From: an uncultured Verrucomicrobiae bacterium | Lineage (GTDB): Bacteria; Verrucomicrobiota; Verrucomicrobiia; Chthoniobacterales; Chthoniobacteraceae | DNA length: 64,000 bases | Assembly: GCA_963836755.1 (NCBI GenBank) | Contig: CAWIKF010000002.1 | Location: 96,001-160,000 of the forward strand | Direction: 5' to 3' | Part shown: positions 53,357-62,708 of the stretch, one piece after another | Numbering within the stretch: the stretch's first letter is position 1 | How the letters are laid out: each line of letters begins with the position of its first letter | Translations under genes and position numbers: made by a program | Notes under the pieces: model-generated | Seen by the model: the letters and a program-made list of their open reading frames with translations, nothing else | What the model was told of the DNA's origin: nothing | The model's database searches: none

Positions 53357-54471
53357 GCCTTGTCCAACACCGCCGTGGAGGTCATCGGCACTTTTTTGAC
53401 GAGCGTGGCGGGAAGGCACTGTCTGGAAATGAGCGAGAGAATGTGCTGGTGAATTTCCGGCCAGACGGTCTCAGGCAGAAGCTTCGTCATGCAATACGGT
53501 TCCTTGAACTTACAATAATCGAAGCAGGGCCGCCAAGGGCATATGTCGCGGATCACGATCTTGCTCTCCTCGCCCCACGGATGAAACCAAACGGGATCGC
53601 CCGGGCCGAAAACAGCGACGACCGGCCGCCCGCACGCCGCCGCGATGTGGCCGGGGCCGCTGTCGTTGCAAAGGAGGAGATCGCAACGGCAAAGGACGCT
53701 GGTCAAATCGCGCACGGAAACTGTGCGGATGAACGTATCTGCGAGCGGCGCGAGCGCGGAACCGTAGCCATCGGTGTCCGGGATGAGAATGAAATGAAAA
53801 TCAAAACGGCTGCGCAGCTGTTTAACGATATGCGCGAAGTAAGCCTCGGGCCAGCGGCGGACGGCGAAGCGTGCGCCAGTGTGCAGACAAAAAACGGGCT
53901 TCGTGATTTTTGAGAAAAGATCCGCGACGGAGACGGAAAAATAGCCGGCGGCGCGCAAACCGGGTTCATTACTCGCGACGCCCGGAAGATCGAGCGCAAG
54001 GCCGATTTCGCGCCAGTCCTCGACTTTGTGCTGCTTCTTTTTTTTTCGCGTGAGCGGATGCGTAAGAAAAATTTCACTGCAGCGCACCGAAAAGCCGTAG
54101 CGCTCGCGCGCGCCCGAAAGCGCCATCAGGAAATGATCTCGCGGATCATTTCGAACCGATACCGCGACGTCGAAATGCTCTCGACGCAGTTGCCATACGA
54201 TCTGCCAAAGATTCTTCCAATCCCAACGGAACAAATCGTATTTGCGGCGGAATGCCGTCCACGGCGCATTGTATCCAATAAAGCGGAGCGACGCGAACGA
54301 CGGGTGTAAAAGATCGCGCGCATAGGGCTTCGCGAGCAGCGTGACATCGTGCTCCTTGATCGCCTCGCGGAGAAACGGCGTCGAAAAAGTCAGGTCGCCC
54401 AATCCCCACAATTCCACGACGAGAATCTTTTTTCGCCGCGGCTCGCGCGTCTCCTCACCGGGGGAATCCAT
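53353..54471 (-). CDS. Glycosyltransferase family 9 (heptosyltransferase-like)
   Basis: WGLGDL, RRWPE, CNDSGPGHIAAA, VFGPGDP. Confidence 0.92.
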   Translation of the reverse strand: MDSPGEETREPRRKKILVVELWGLGDLTFSTPFLREAIKEHDVTLLAKPYARDLLHPSFASLRFIGYNAPWTAFRRKYDLFRWDWKNLWQIVWQLRREHFDVAVSVRNDPRDHFLMALSGARERYGFSVRCSEIFLTHPLTRKKKKQHKVEDWREIGLALDLPGVASNEPGLRAAGYFSVSVADLFSKITKPVFCLHTGARFAVRRWPEAYFAHIVKQLRSRFDFHFILIPDTDGYGSALAPLADTFIRTVSVRDLTSVLCRCDLLLCNDSGPGHIAAACGRPVVAVFGPGDPVWFHPWGEESKIVIRDICPWRPCFDYCKFKEPYCMTKLLPETVWPEIHQHILSLISRQCLPATLVKKVPMTSTAVLDKA

Positions 54472-54561
54472 GTTCACACGGAAACAGCAAACTTTCCGCA
54501 AACTGGCAACGAGAAACTCGAATCGCCGCGAGGCATTGGCGCGAACAAAATGCGCGATCTT

Positions 54562-55251
54562 TCAGCCGAGCTTCACTGACGGCTTCAGGATCAAAGGCGC
54601 GAGCTGCTTAATGAAATCGCGGATCAACTCGTCCGTCTCCTGCTCCGTGCGGCCATCTTCCTTGAAATTTTTCGTCACGTTCGCGACGACCGTGACGTAA
54701 GCCCATCGCTGGTTGTAACCCTTTAGCAATCGGTCGCGGATATCATAAAAAGTGCGAGTCATGTGCGATGCCGTGATGTCGCTGAAACCGACGAACCAAT
54801 AATAGTTCAGGTTATACAAATCCGCGGTCGCGCCGTTTTCCATTTTCACCGGCCGCACGTCATGCAGCCGCGTCGCATGGAGGCTCGCGCCGTCCGCGAG
54901 TGGAATCGACACTACGTGCGAATCGAGGATCGCCCAGCCCTGCGCCGACAGGCAACGCTCGGGACGATGAATGCTGGTATTCATGTCCTGCCCGGAGAGC
55001 ACGACGGAAACGAAAAGCTGGTCGCCGGCGACGTTCGTGTAAGTTTTTCGCGAAAATTCCGTCTCGGGCCCGAGCACTTGATGCTCCTTTTCCGTGACCG
55101 CCGCGTCGCGCCCGGCCCATCCGCCGACCAGCGAGGGAAGCTGGAGATCGACACCGCTCGGCTGCGATTTCGGGCTCGCCGGCAGGACGAAAACCATTCC
55201 CATGCCGACCATCAGGAACGCGATTAAAATGAGCAGCCGATTAGTAGTCAT
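54562..55251 (-). CDS. epsI: Exosortase-associated EpsI family protein
   Basis: SIHRPERCLSAQGW, YYWF; adjacent to exosortase. Confidence 0.88.
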   Translation of the reverse strand: MTTNRLLILIAFLMVGMGMVFVLPASPKSQPSGVDLQLPSLVGGWAGRDAAVTEKEHQVLGPETEFSRKTYTNVAGDQLFVSVVLSGQDMNTSIHRPERCLSAQGWAILDSHVVSIPLADGASLHATRLHDVRPVKMENGATADLYNLNYYWFVGFSDITASHMTRTFYDIRDRLLKGYNQRWAYVTVVANVTKNFKEDGRTEQETDELIRDFIKQLAPLILKPSVKLG

Positions 55252-56242
55252 ACGAGATGGCAGGCCGCGGTCCTTCGCTGCTCCCGCCTTTATCCATCGG
55301 GGTTGAGAGCTGTTTGAAATTTAGATTCACAAGCTTGCTGAAGGCGAGCATCGCCAGCACCGCCACGGGAAAAAAGATCAGCCCAGCGATCCGGTCGTGA
55401 AAAAACATGCCGACGCGTTCGCCCCAAAATCGTGCGAGCAAAATCACTACGAAAATTCTTCCCACGTTTCCAGCGATCGCGAAAAGCAGCGAACCGCAAA
55501 AGATCGTGACTTTTTTCCACAGCCGATCCTGCGTGAGATGCACAAACACCGCTGTCAGCATCGTCATCGCCATCAGCGAGCGAATGCCGCTGCAGCCTTC
55601 AGCGACCTCGAAATTAAAGCTGCCGTCGCTCGCCTTCAGCGCCGTGCCGGTCGACTGCATTTGAATGCCGATCAGGTTTACAAGAAAGCCGACGATGCCC
55701 GTGATGACGAACTGCATCCGGAAAGTCGCCTGCACTAGCGCTGCGAATGGAATGGTGAAAATCAAAAACGCGAACGGGAAAAGTAAAATGCGCGCAACTT
55801 TTTTTCCCCACAAAAATTCGCTCGCGCCGAAGAGCAAAAACGGCAGCGCGACCAGCGCCATGCGCGGTTGCAGGCAGCGCGCCGCGAGCACGAAAAAGAT
55901 GACGCCAAGCGCTACCCACCAAAGGCCGCGATTCGAGCCGCGCTTCGACGCGCGTGCGAGTTCCTCGCGATGATGCCAGATGAGCCAGAGCGAGATCAGC
56001 GGGATCAACGGGCCGTGCTGGAGATCGTTTTCCTCATTCCACGCGGCCCATGCCCATCGCGCGGCCGTCAGCGAGCCATTCACAAAAATGTGCACGCAGC
56101 CGAAAAAATAAAACAGCGTCGCGAGCACGATCGCGAGCAGTGCGGCGCAGACCGGTTCCGCCGCGCACCATTTTCCAAAAGTGGAAACAACTTCCGAAAT
56201 TCCGACCTCGCGCGGCGGCTCGTTGGGGGCGGTTTCGGGCAT
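55241..56242 (-). CDS. Exosortase (PEP-CTERM system)
   Basis: HGPLIP, VAEGCSGIRS (Cys), GNVGRI (Arg), FFHD (His); multi-TM. Confidence 0.93.
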   Translation of the reverse strand: MPETAPNEPPREVGISEVVSTFGKWCAAEPVCAALLAIVLATLFYFFGCVHIFVNGSLTAARWAWAAWNEENDLQHGPLIPLISLWLIWHHREELARASKRGSNRGLWWVALGVIFFVLAARCLQPRMALVALPFLLFGASEFLWGKKVARILLFPFAFLIFTIPFAALVQATFRMQFVITGIVGFLVNLIGIQMQSTGTALKASDGSFNFEVAEGCSGIRSLMAMTMLTAVFVHLTQDRLWKKVTIFCGSLLFAIAGNVGRIFVVILLARFWGERVGMFFHDRIAGLIFFPVAVLAMLAFSKLVNLNFKQLSTPMDKGGSSEGPRPAISYDY

Positions 56243-56307
56243 AAAATGCGCCCCAAGTTTACGGCAAAAAGGCTTTTATGCAATGCGCGCAAACCGTAAC
56301 CAGAAGC

Positions 56308-57111
56308 ATGCCGCCGCCAGACCTCGAGCCGTTTCGCACCTGCGAAGTGCTCGGCATGCCGCTGGCGGTGCTCGATTATGAAAAAGCGGTAGCTTGCGTT
56401 CGAGCGTGGGCAAGCGCGCGAACGGAAGTGCGCGCGGTCGAGGCCGCGAACACGCACGTAGTCGCGCTCGCGAGGCACGAACCGGATTTTGCGGCGGCGA
56501 TGGCGGAGTTCGATTTGATCCTGCCCGACGGCATGCCGCTCGTCTGGGTGATGAACCGCCGCGGCGCGCAAATGCGTGATCGCGTTTACGGCCCGACCTT
56601 TATGCTGCGCTGTCTCGAGGCAACGCAGGGAGATTTTTCGCATTTCCTGCTCGGCGGTTCCGAGGAATTGCTCGCGGAGTTGCAGGCGAAACTGCGTGAA
56701 AAATTTCCGCGTCTGGAATTCGCCGGTGTTTATTCGCCGCCGTTCGGCACTTGGCCGGAGAATGAAAATGCGCGCATCATCGAAAAAATCACTGCGGCGC
56801 GCCCGCACTTTGTCTGGATCGGGCTCGGCTGTCCGAAGCAGGAATTTTGGATCGCGCGCCTCAAAACTCGGCTGCCGAACGCCGTTTACGCAGCGGTCGG
56901 CGCGGCATTCGCCTTTCATGCAGGTCGCGTGAAACAGGCGCCAGCGTGGATGCAAAACATCGGACTCGAATGGCTTTTCCGTTTGCTCGCCGAGCCGCGC
57001 CGATTATGGAGACGTTACGTTTTGTTCAACAGCCTGTTTGTATGGCATCTCGCGACAGATCGATTTTTCGCGCAGAAAATTTCCAGCGCGCGCCGCAGTC
57101 CGGGGAATTGA
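56308..57111 (+). CDS. WecB/TagA/CpsF family glycosyltransferase
   Basis: PDGMPLVW, RVYGP, GLGCPKQE, GLEWLFRLLAEPRRLWRRY. Confidence 0.95.
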   Translation: MPPPDLEPFRTCEVLGMPLAVLDYEKAVACVRAWASARTEVRAVEAANTHVVALARHEPDFAAAMAEFDLILPDGMPLVWVMNRRGAQMRDRVYGPTFMLRCLEATQGDFSHFLLGGSEELLAELQAKLREKFPRLEFAGVYSPPFGTWPENENARIIEKITAARPHFVWIGLGCPKQEFWIARLKTRLPNAVYAAVGAAFAFHAGRVKQAPAWMQNIGLEWLFRLLAEPRRLWRRYVLFNSLFVWHLATDRFFAQKISSARRSPGN

Positions 57112-57136
57112 CACCCGGCGCTGAGAAAATTACCGT
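57108..57136 (+). promoter_or_regulatory. Putative sigma70 promoter, leaderless or near-leaderless
   Basis: TTGACA-N17-TACCGT, 8 nt before GTG 57145. Confidence 0.6.
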
Positions 57137-57144
57137 TTCACCCC

Positions 57145-58203
57145 GTGGAAATTATTTCCCCCATCCCGAGCCAGCGCGTTGGGCGGACATTCATTGTCGC
57201 AGCGAGTCTGCTGGGGCTCATGGCGCTCGCGCAAATCACCGCGGCGAGCTGGGCTCTTTTTGCGAAATATCGCACCGCTTCCAGTGTCGAACCCGCGCTG
57301 CCGGCCGATGCCGAAAAATCCGTCCCGCAGCATCTCGCGCTGGTCAATCCGCCGAAAAAAGCCGCGGCGCCCGTTGCACCAGTGCCCGCTGCCACGCCTG
57401 CCGCGCCAGTCGCGAGCCTTCCAAATCCGACACCGGTGCCTGCGGAAAAAATTACGCCAGAATCACGGCTCACCGACCTGGTCCAGCAGGAGCGCGCGCT
57501 GCGCGAAAAAGGCGACATGAGCACGGCGCTCGTGCGGTTGCGTGAAGCCCAGGCGATCGCGCCCAACAGCGCGCTCGTCATTTCAGAACTCGCGATGACA
57601 TTTGAAAAAATGGGGCAGACCGACAAGTCGCTCGAGCAGTGGCGCCGCATTTTCGACATGGGCGAATCGGCCGGCATTTACTACCAGGCGGCCGACGCAA
57701 AACTGAAGGCTGGAGAAGCCGACACGGTTGCCGCATCGAAGCACAACGGCACGGAAAGCAGTGGCATCCAGCCGGGCTCGATTCTCGGCCTCGGCACGAT
57801 CACGACTGTCGAGGAAACCGATCCCGAGGCGCTGAAGAAAATTCTTTTAAAAATCCCGCTCCGCGCGCGTCAAAATTCGGACGTCGAGGTCAAGGACGTC
57901 GTCATTCAGGTCTTCTTCTATGACCTGATCGATAACAACGACATTGTTCAAACAAACGCGAACGTTTCGTCGCACTGGAGCACGCTGCCGGCGGATTGGA
58001 AAGACAACGACGAGGAAGTTTTGGAAGTGGAATATGCGCAGCCGCTGCCGAAGACCGGCAAGGCCCCGGAGAACCGGACGTATTTCGGCTACGTCGTGCG
58101 CATTTATTACAAAGGCGAACTGCAGGACTGGCGCGCAGACCAGGACAAGCTGCGCGCAAAATATCCGCCGCCACTCACCCTGCCAACGGATCAAGCCCAA
58201 TGA
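57145..58203 (+). CDS. Membrane-anchored protein with Pro/Ala linker, TPR-like helices and beta-rich C-domain
   Basis: One N-terminal TM; GDMSTALVRLREAQAIAPNS...LAMTFEKMGQTDKSLEQWRR. Confidence 0.75.
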   Translation: MEIISPIPSQRVGRTFIVAASLLGLMALAQITAASWALFAKYRTASSVEPALPADAEKSVPQHLALVNPPKKAAAPVAPVPAATPAAPVASLPNPTPVPAEKITPESRLTDLVQQERALREKGDMSTALVRLREAQAIAPNSALVISELAMTFEKMGQTDKSLEQWRRIFDMGESAGIYYQAADAKLKAGEADTVAASKHNGTESSGIQPGSILGLGTITTVEETDPEALKKILLKIPLRARQNSDVEVKDVVIQVFFYDLIDNNDIVQTNANVSSHWSTLPADWKDNDEEVLEVEYAQPLPKTGKAPENRTYFGYVVRIYYKGELQDWRADQDKLRAKYPPPLTLPTDQAQ

Positions 58204-61087
58204 AAATCCTGATCGTCGACGAAAACTCAGCAATGATCGGCTCGCTTTTGCCGTTGCTAAAAAATACGCCAGGCAACGAAGTGCGCGCCGCGAACAGCGG
58301 AGAAAAAGCGCTCGAGGCCGCAGCGCAATGGCAGGGCGTGGATCTGCTGATCACCGAGGTTTTCATGGAGCCGATGAACGGCTTCACGCTGCGGAACAAG
58401 ATGCGAAACCGCTTCGGGACGAAGACCATTTTTTTCAGCAAACACGATCTCACCGACTATGCCGAGCACGTCGAAGATGCGGCGACGCTGCGCAAGCCGG
58501 TGAAGGGCAATGAACTTTTCGCCGCTATCGCAAAAACTTTTGCACCAGCTCCTCAAGCACCGGTTGAAGCGAAAGCCGCGACCCGGAGTGAACCTCCGGC
58601 ACCAGCTGCGCAGCCCCGCCCGCCGCCTCGCAACCTCCGGCTATTGCGCAGCCTGCTGCTGCTCCGGTCGTCGCGCCCGTTCCTCCGACGCCGGAAACGA
58701 AAGCTCCTCCTGCGATTATTTCACCCATCGCTGCGCCAAACACGCCCACGACTCCGGCCCCGATGGCAGGTCCCGCCCCGGCCCAACCATTCACACCGCT
58801 AACACCCGTGCTGAAACCGAATGCGGCCCCGTCGGTTCCGCAGCCGGTCGCTGTTCCAAAACCGGCCGCCGCGACGTCAAAGATTGATCCGCAGCCCGAG
58901 CAGCCAAAAACCGTCTCGTCGCCGACTCCGGTCGCAAGGGCTGTTGCTCCTCCCGCCTCATCGCCGCCACCAGCTGCAAAATCTCCTGCGGCTGCTACGC
59001 AAAAAATTTCCGTAGCCTCAGTTCCTAATCCGGTCGCTGCGCAAAACTCGACGCCTCCGCCAGCGGCTGCGCCGACCACTCCGCCGCAAGCTGTCGCGAA
59101 CCCAGTGCCGACTGTCATGCCAAAAGTTTCCGCGACGCCGGCCGTTCCCAATGTTGTGGCCGCGCCAAAACCAGCTGTCAGCGCGACTCCGTCGGCGATG
59201 CCGAAAATCAATCCGCCACTCGCGCAACCAAAAGCGGTGAGCTCGCCAACGCCAGTTGCGAGAGCCGCGACGCCGCCAGCGGCTTCTCCGCCACCTGCCT
59301 CAAATCCAGTTCCGAGGGCGACGCCCAAAGTTTCTGCGACGCCGGTCGCCACGCCGAAAGCCACGCCGCCCTCTGCGCAGCCACGCGCCGCCGCGCCTGT
59401 TGCCGCGAAAGGTTTCACACCACCGACCGCAGTTTCAAAACCTTCCGTCGCACCGAGACCGGCCGCGCAACCTGTCGTCGCAAAAACTGTAACTTTGACG
59501 CCAAAAGCCGCGGAAGATCCGCTGGTGGGGCAGACGCTCGGGGCTTACAAAATCGTGCGAAAACTCGGCGAGGGAAAATGGGGCGCGGTTTACGAAGCCG
59601 ATCAAACTGCGATGGGCCGTCTCGTCGCGATGAAAATTCTTTCGCCGGAACTCGAGCAGCAGCCGGAGGCGAAAAAGCGTTTCATCGGCAATGCCAGTGC
59701 GAAAGCAAACGTGCAACATCCGTTCATCCTGTCGGTCTACGAGGCGGGCGAAGCGGACGGGCACTGTTATTTCACGCACGAGTATGTCGAGGGCGAAAAT
59801 CTGGCGCAGCTCGCCGCGCAAAACCGGACGGTGGATGAACCGACCGCGCTGCACACGATGAAGGTCGTCGCCGAGGCGCTCTCGTCTTTAAACCAGCAAA
59901 AAATCGCGCACGCGCTTCTGAAGGCGAACAATATTTACATCGGCACGGACAAGCGCCCGCGTCTTTCGAATCTCGCGACGCACGATGGCGACACGCCAAA
60001 CATGCAGCACGAAATTTTGACGCTAGGACAAGCCGTGTCCAATGTTCTGCCGAACAAGCGCGCGACGGCGCCGGGGTTGCAAGCAATGCTCAAGCGGATG
60101 CAGACGCCGGGGCAAAACGGCTTTCTGTCGTGGGTGGCGCTGTTGCAGGCGGTGAAAGCGCTGGAGCCGAAAGTGATGCCGGTGGATGCATTCAAACTCA
60201 CCGCGCAGGACGAGGCGGCGATCCGCGCGGTCGAGAACGCGCGGAAAAAACAGCGGATGTCGATCATCTACAGCTCGATCACCGCGCTGGTGCTCGTGGT
60301 CATCACGGGCGTGGTTGTCTACCGGACGTTCTTTACTTCCAACGAACGGATGGAGCTGGAAAAAATGCTGCCGGTGCCCGCTGGCGAATTCATTTACCAG
60401 GACGGGCAGAAAGCTTCGACGAATGCTTTTTGGATGGATCAATACGAAATCACGATCGGCCAATACGCGAAATTTCTGGAATACCTGAGAGCGCATCCGA
60501 CGACACAATTCGACAGCCCGAAGCAGCCTGCCGGGAAATCGCACGTGCCGAAGGACGACGTGACCTGGAGCATTTACTACGGCCGCGCGCGCGCCGGCAA
60601 ACCGGCAAACAATACGCCGATCGACTTGAACTGCCCGGTCTTCAACGTCGATTACTGGGACGCCTACGCCTACGCGAAATGGAGAGGCCATCGGCTGCCG
60701 ACGGAGATCGAGTGGGAAAAAGCCGCGCGCGGCACCGACGGCCGCATTTATCCGTGGGGCAACGAGCTCGACATGAAACGCTTTGACGGAAACGCCGACT
60801 ACGTCGAACGGCCAGGCCCTGAGACGAAGGCGACGAGCGATGGATATTGGTGGTGGTGTCCGGTCGACGCGAAGCCAGGTGACAAAAGCCCCTACGGCAT
60901 CGTCGGCATGGCCGGCAACGTCAGCGAATGGACCGACACATGGATTGACGACAAATTTCCCGTCATCCGCGGCGGCAATTTTCACTCGCCCGATTGGAAG
61001 GTGACGAAGCGAGTCACCGGCGCATACCCAAACACGTTTAGCGAATATCTCGGGTTCCGCACCGTGAGCGATACGCCCCCGAAATAA
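58200..61087 (+). CDS. Receiver-like domain + Pro/Ala/Thr linker + Ser/Thr kinase-like domain + TM + FGE-sulfatase (SUMF1) domain; frameshift at ~58615
   Basis: MKILIVDE..DLLITEVFM..KP; LGEGKWGAVY..VAMK; RLPTEIEWEKAARG, MAGNVSEW, RGG, GFR. The two frames join if one C is added to CCCC at 58614-17. Confidence 0.85.
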
Positions 61088-61141
61088 CGCGCCCAGAGGA
61101 AGTCGCTCGCAAGTTTTTGGATTTGTCGTAAGTTCGCGCCC

Positions 61142-62023
61142 ATGTCTGCCCGCCGCCTCCTCCTTTGGTGCGCCTTGTCTTTGGCCGCCGCGTCCGCTCA
61201 TGCGCAGTTGCAGGTCAAAATGACGATCCCGCGCCATCTTTATATGGCGTATGAGCCGATCATCACCACGGTCTCGGTGACAAACCTCACCGGCCACGAC
61301 GTGATGCTCGATGAGGTCGATGCGCAAAAATGGTTCAGCTTTCAAATCGTCACCGGCGACGGCAGCCTCGTCCCGCCGCGCGATCCGAATTACCAATTGT
61401 CGCCGCTCCTCGTTCCCGCTGGCCAGACCGTCAAGCGCAGCGTCAACCTCGTCACGCTTTATCCGGTCAATGACTTTGGACTTTACCGCATTAAAGCCAG
61501 CATCTACCTGCCCGAACTGCACCGCTATTTTTCCTCGCCGATGACCGGCGTCGAAATTAGCGAAGGTAAAACGATGTGGCAACAGACGGTAGGCGTGCCC
61601 GAAGGTCAGCCCGGAGCCGGCAGCTACCGGCTTTTCACCCTGCTCAGCTTCCGCCAGACAAAGGACAACATGCTCTACGTCCGCGTCGAAGACAAAGACG
61701 GCAGCTCCGTTTACGCCACCTATCCGCTAGCGCATCTGCTCACCTCCACCGAACCGCAAATCCAGCTCGACGCGCAGAACCGCCTCCATGTGCTCCAGCT
61801 CGTCGGTCCTAAAACCTATACCTACTCACGCATTGGCGTGAATGGCGAGTGGCTCGGCCAAACCACTTACAGCGAGCTCAAAACTCGGCCCAATTTGCGT
61901 CATCTCGCGAATGGCGACGTCGCGGTGGCTGGCGGCAAAATTGAAGTGCCTGTCGCAACCGCCGCGAATAACCCATCGATTCCAAAACTCTCTGACCGTC
62001 CGCCGGGAATGCCCGCGCAGTAA
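61142..62023 (+). CDS. Exported hypothetical beta-rich protein
   Basis: Signal peptide (ASAHA-Q), 293-aa clean ORF. Confidence 0.8.
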   Translation: MSARRLLLWCALSLAAASAHAQLQVKMTIPRHLYMAYEPIITTVSVTNLTGHDVMLDEVDAQKWFSFQIVTGDGSLVPPRDPNYQLSPLLVPAGQTVKRSVNLVTLYPVNDFGLYRIKASIYLPELHRYFSSPMTGVEISEGKTMWQQTVGVPEGQPGAGSYRLFTLLSFRQTKDNMLYVRVEDKDGSSVYATYPLAHLLTSTEPQIQLDAQNRLHVLQLVGPKTYTYSRIGVNGEWLGQTTYSELKTRPNLRHLANGDVAVAGGKIEVPVATAANNPSIPKLSDRPPGMPAQ

Positions 62024-62050
62024 GGTTTCGCGGGCAAGTCGGGGAAATGG

Positions 62051-62079
62051 TTGACACATCCGGGCGCTGACCGGAAGAT
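62051..62079 (+). promoter_or_regulatory. Putative sigma70 promoter
   Basis: TTGACA-N17-GAAGAT upstream of the amidase. Confidence 0.4.
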
Positions 62080-62111
62080 GCGGCGCCCGTCCGCGCCGGA
62101 CGCGCTTTTTC

Positions 62112-62708
62112 ATGAAAAATCGTTACGCAATTTTTCTGTTCCTTTGGATCGCTCTCACCTCGTCCGCGTTCGCCAGTTTTTCCACCGTCGTCATTGACGC
62201 GGGCCACGGAGGCCACGATCGCGGTGGCATTCCCGGCCAGCGCGCCTCGGAAAAATTTGCTACGCTCGATGTCGCGCGCCGTCTCCAGGCCAATCTTCAA
62301 GCGGCCGGCCTTCACACCGTGATGACTCGCAGCAGCGACACTTTCATCTCGCTGCCGCAGCGCGTTGCGACCGCCAATGCACAGCGAAATGCCGTTTTCG
62401 TCAGCATCCATTTCAATGCCGCCACACGCGCCGGCGCCTGCGGATTTGAAACCTATTATAACTCGCGCCGATCCGCCTCTCTCGCCGCGCGCCTTTATTC
62501 GAAGCTAGTTCGCGCCTGGCCGAGCGTGAATCGAGGCGTGTTTGTCCGAGGCTTTTACGTGATCCGCAAAACGCGTATCCCGGCAGTTTTGTGCGAGTGC
62601 GGTTTCCTCACCAATCCGCACGAAGTCTCGCTCATCGCCCAACCCGAGATCCGCCAGCGCATCGCCGATCTGCTCGCGCAGGGGCTCATCGGACAAAGCA
62701 CGCGCTGA
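62112..62708 (+). CDS. N-acetylmuramoyl-L-alanine amidase (Amidase_3)
   Basis: IDAGHGGHD, SEK, VSIHFNA, PAVLCECGFLTN. Confidence 0.95.
   Translation: MKNRYAIFLFLWIALTSSAFASFSTVVIDAGHGGHDRGGIPGQRASEKFATLDVARRLQANLQAAGLHTVMTRSSDTFISLPQRVATANAQRNAVFVSIHFNAATRAGACGFETYYNSRRSASLAARLYSKLVRAWPSVNRGVFVRGFYVIRKTRIPAVLCECGFLTNPHEVSLIAQPEIRQRIADLLAQGLIGQSTR

Noticed and set aside
60340..61087. DGR target (FGE/C-type lectin domain)
   Set aside because: No template repeat copy and no reverse transcriptase seen in the window.
60023..61582. 519-aa minus-strand ORF and similar long antisense ORFs (e.g. 23869-24960, 37706-38881)
   Set aside because: GC-rich antisense shadows of recognised genes with no family motifs.
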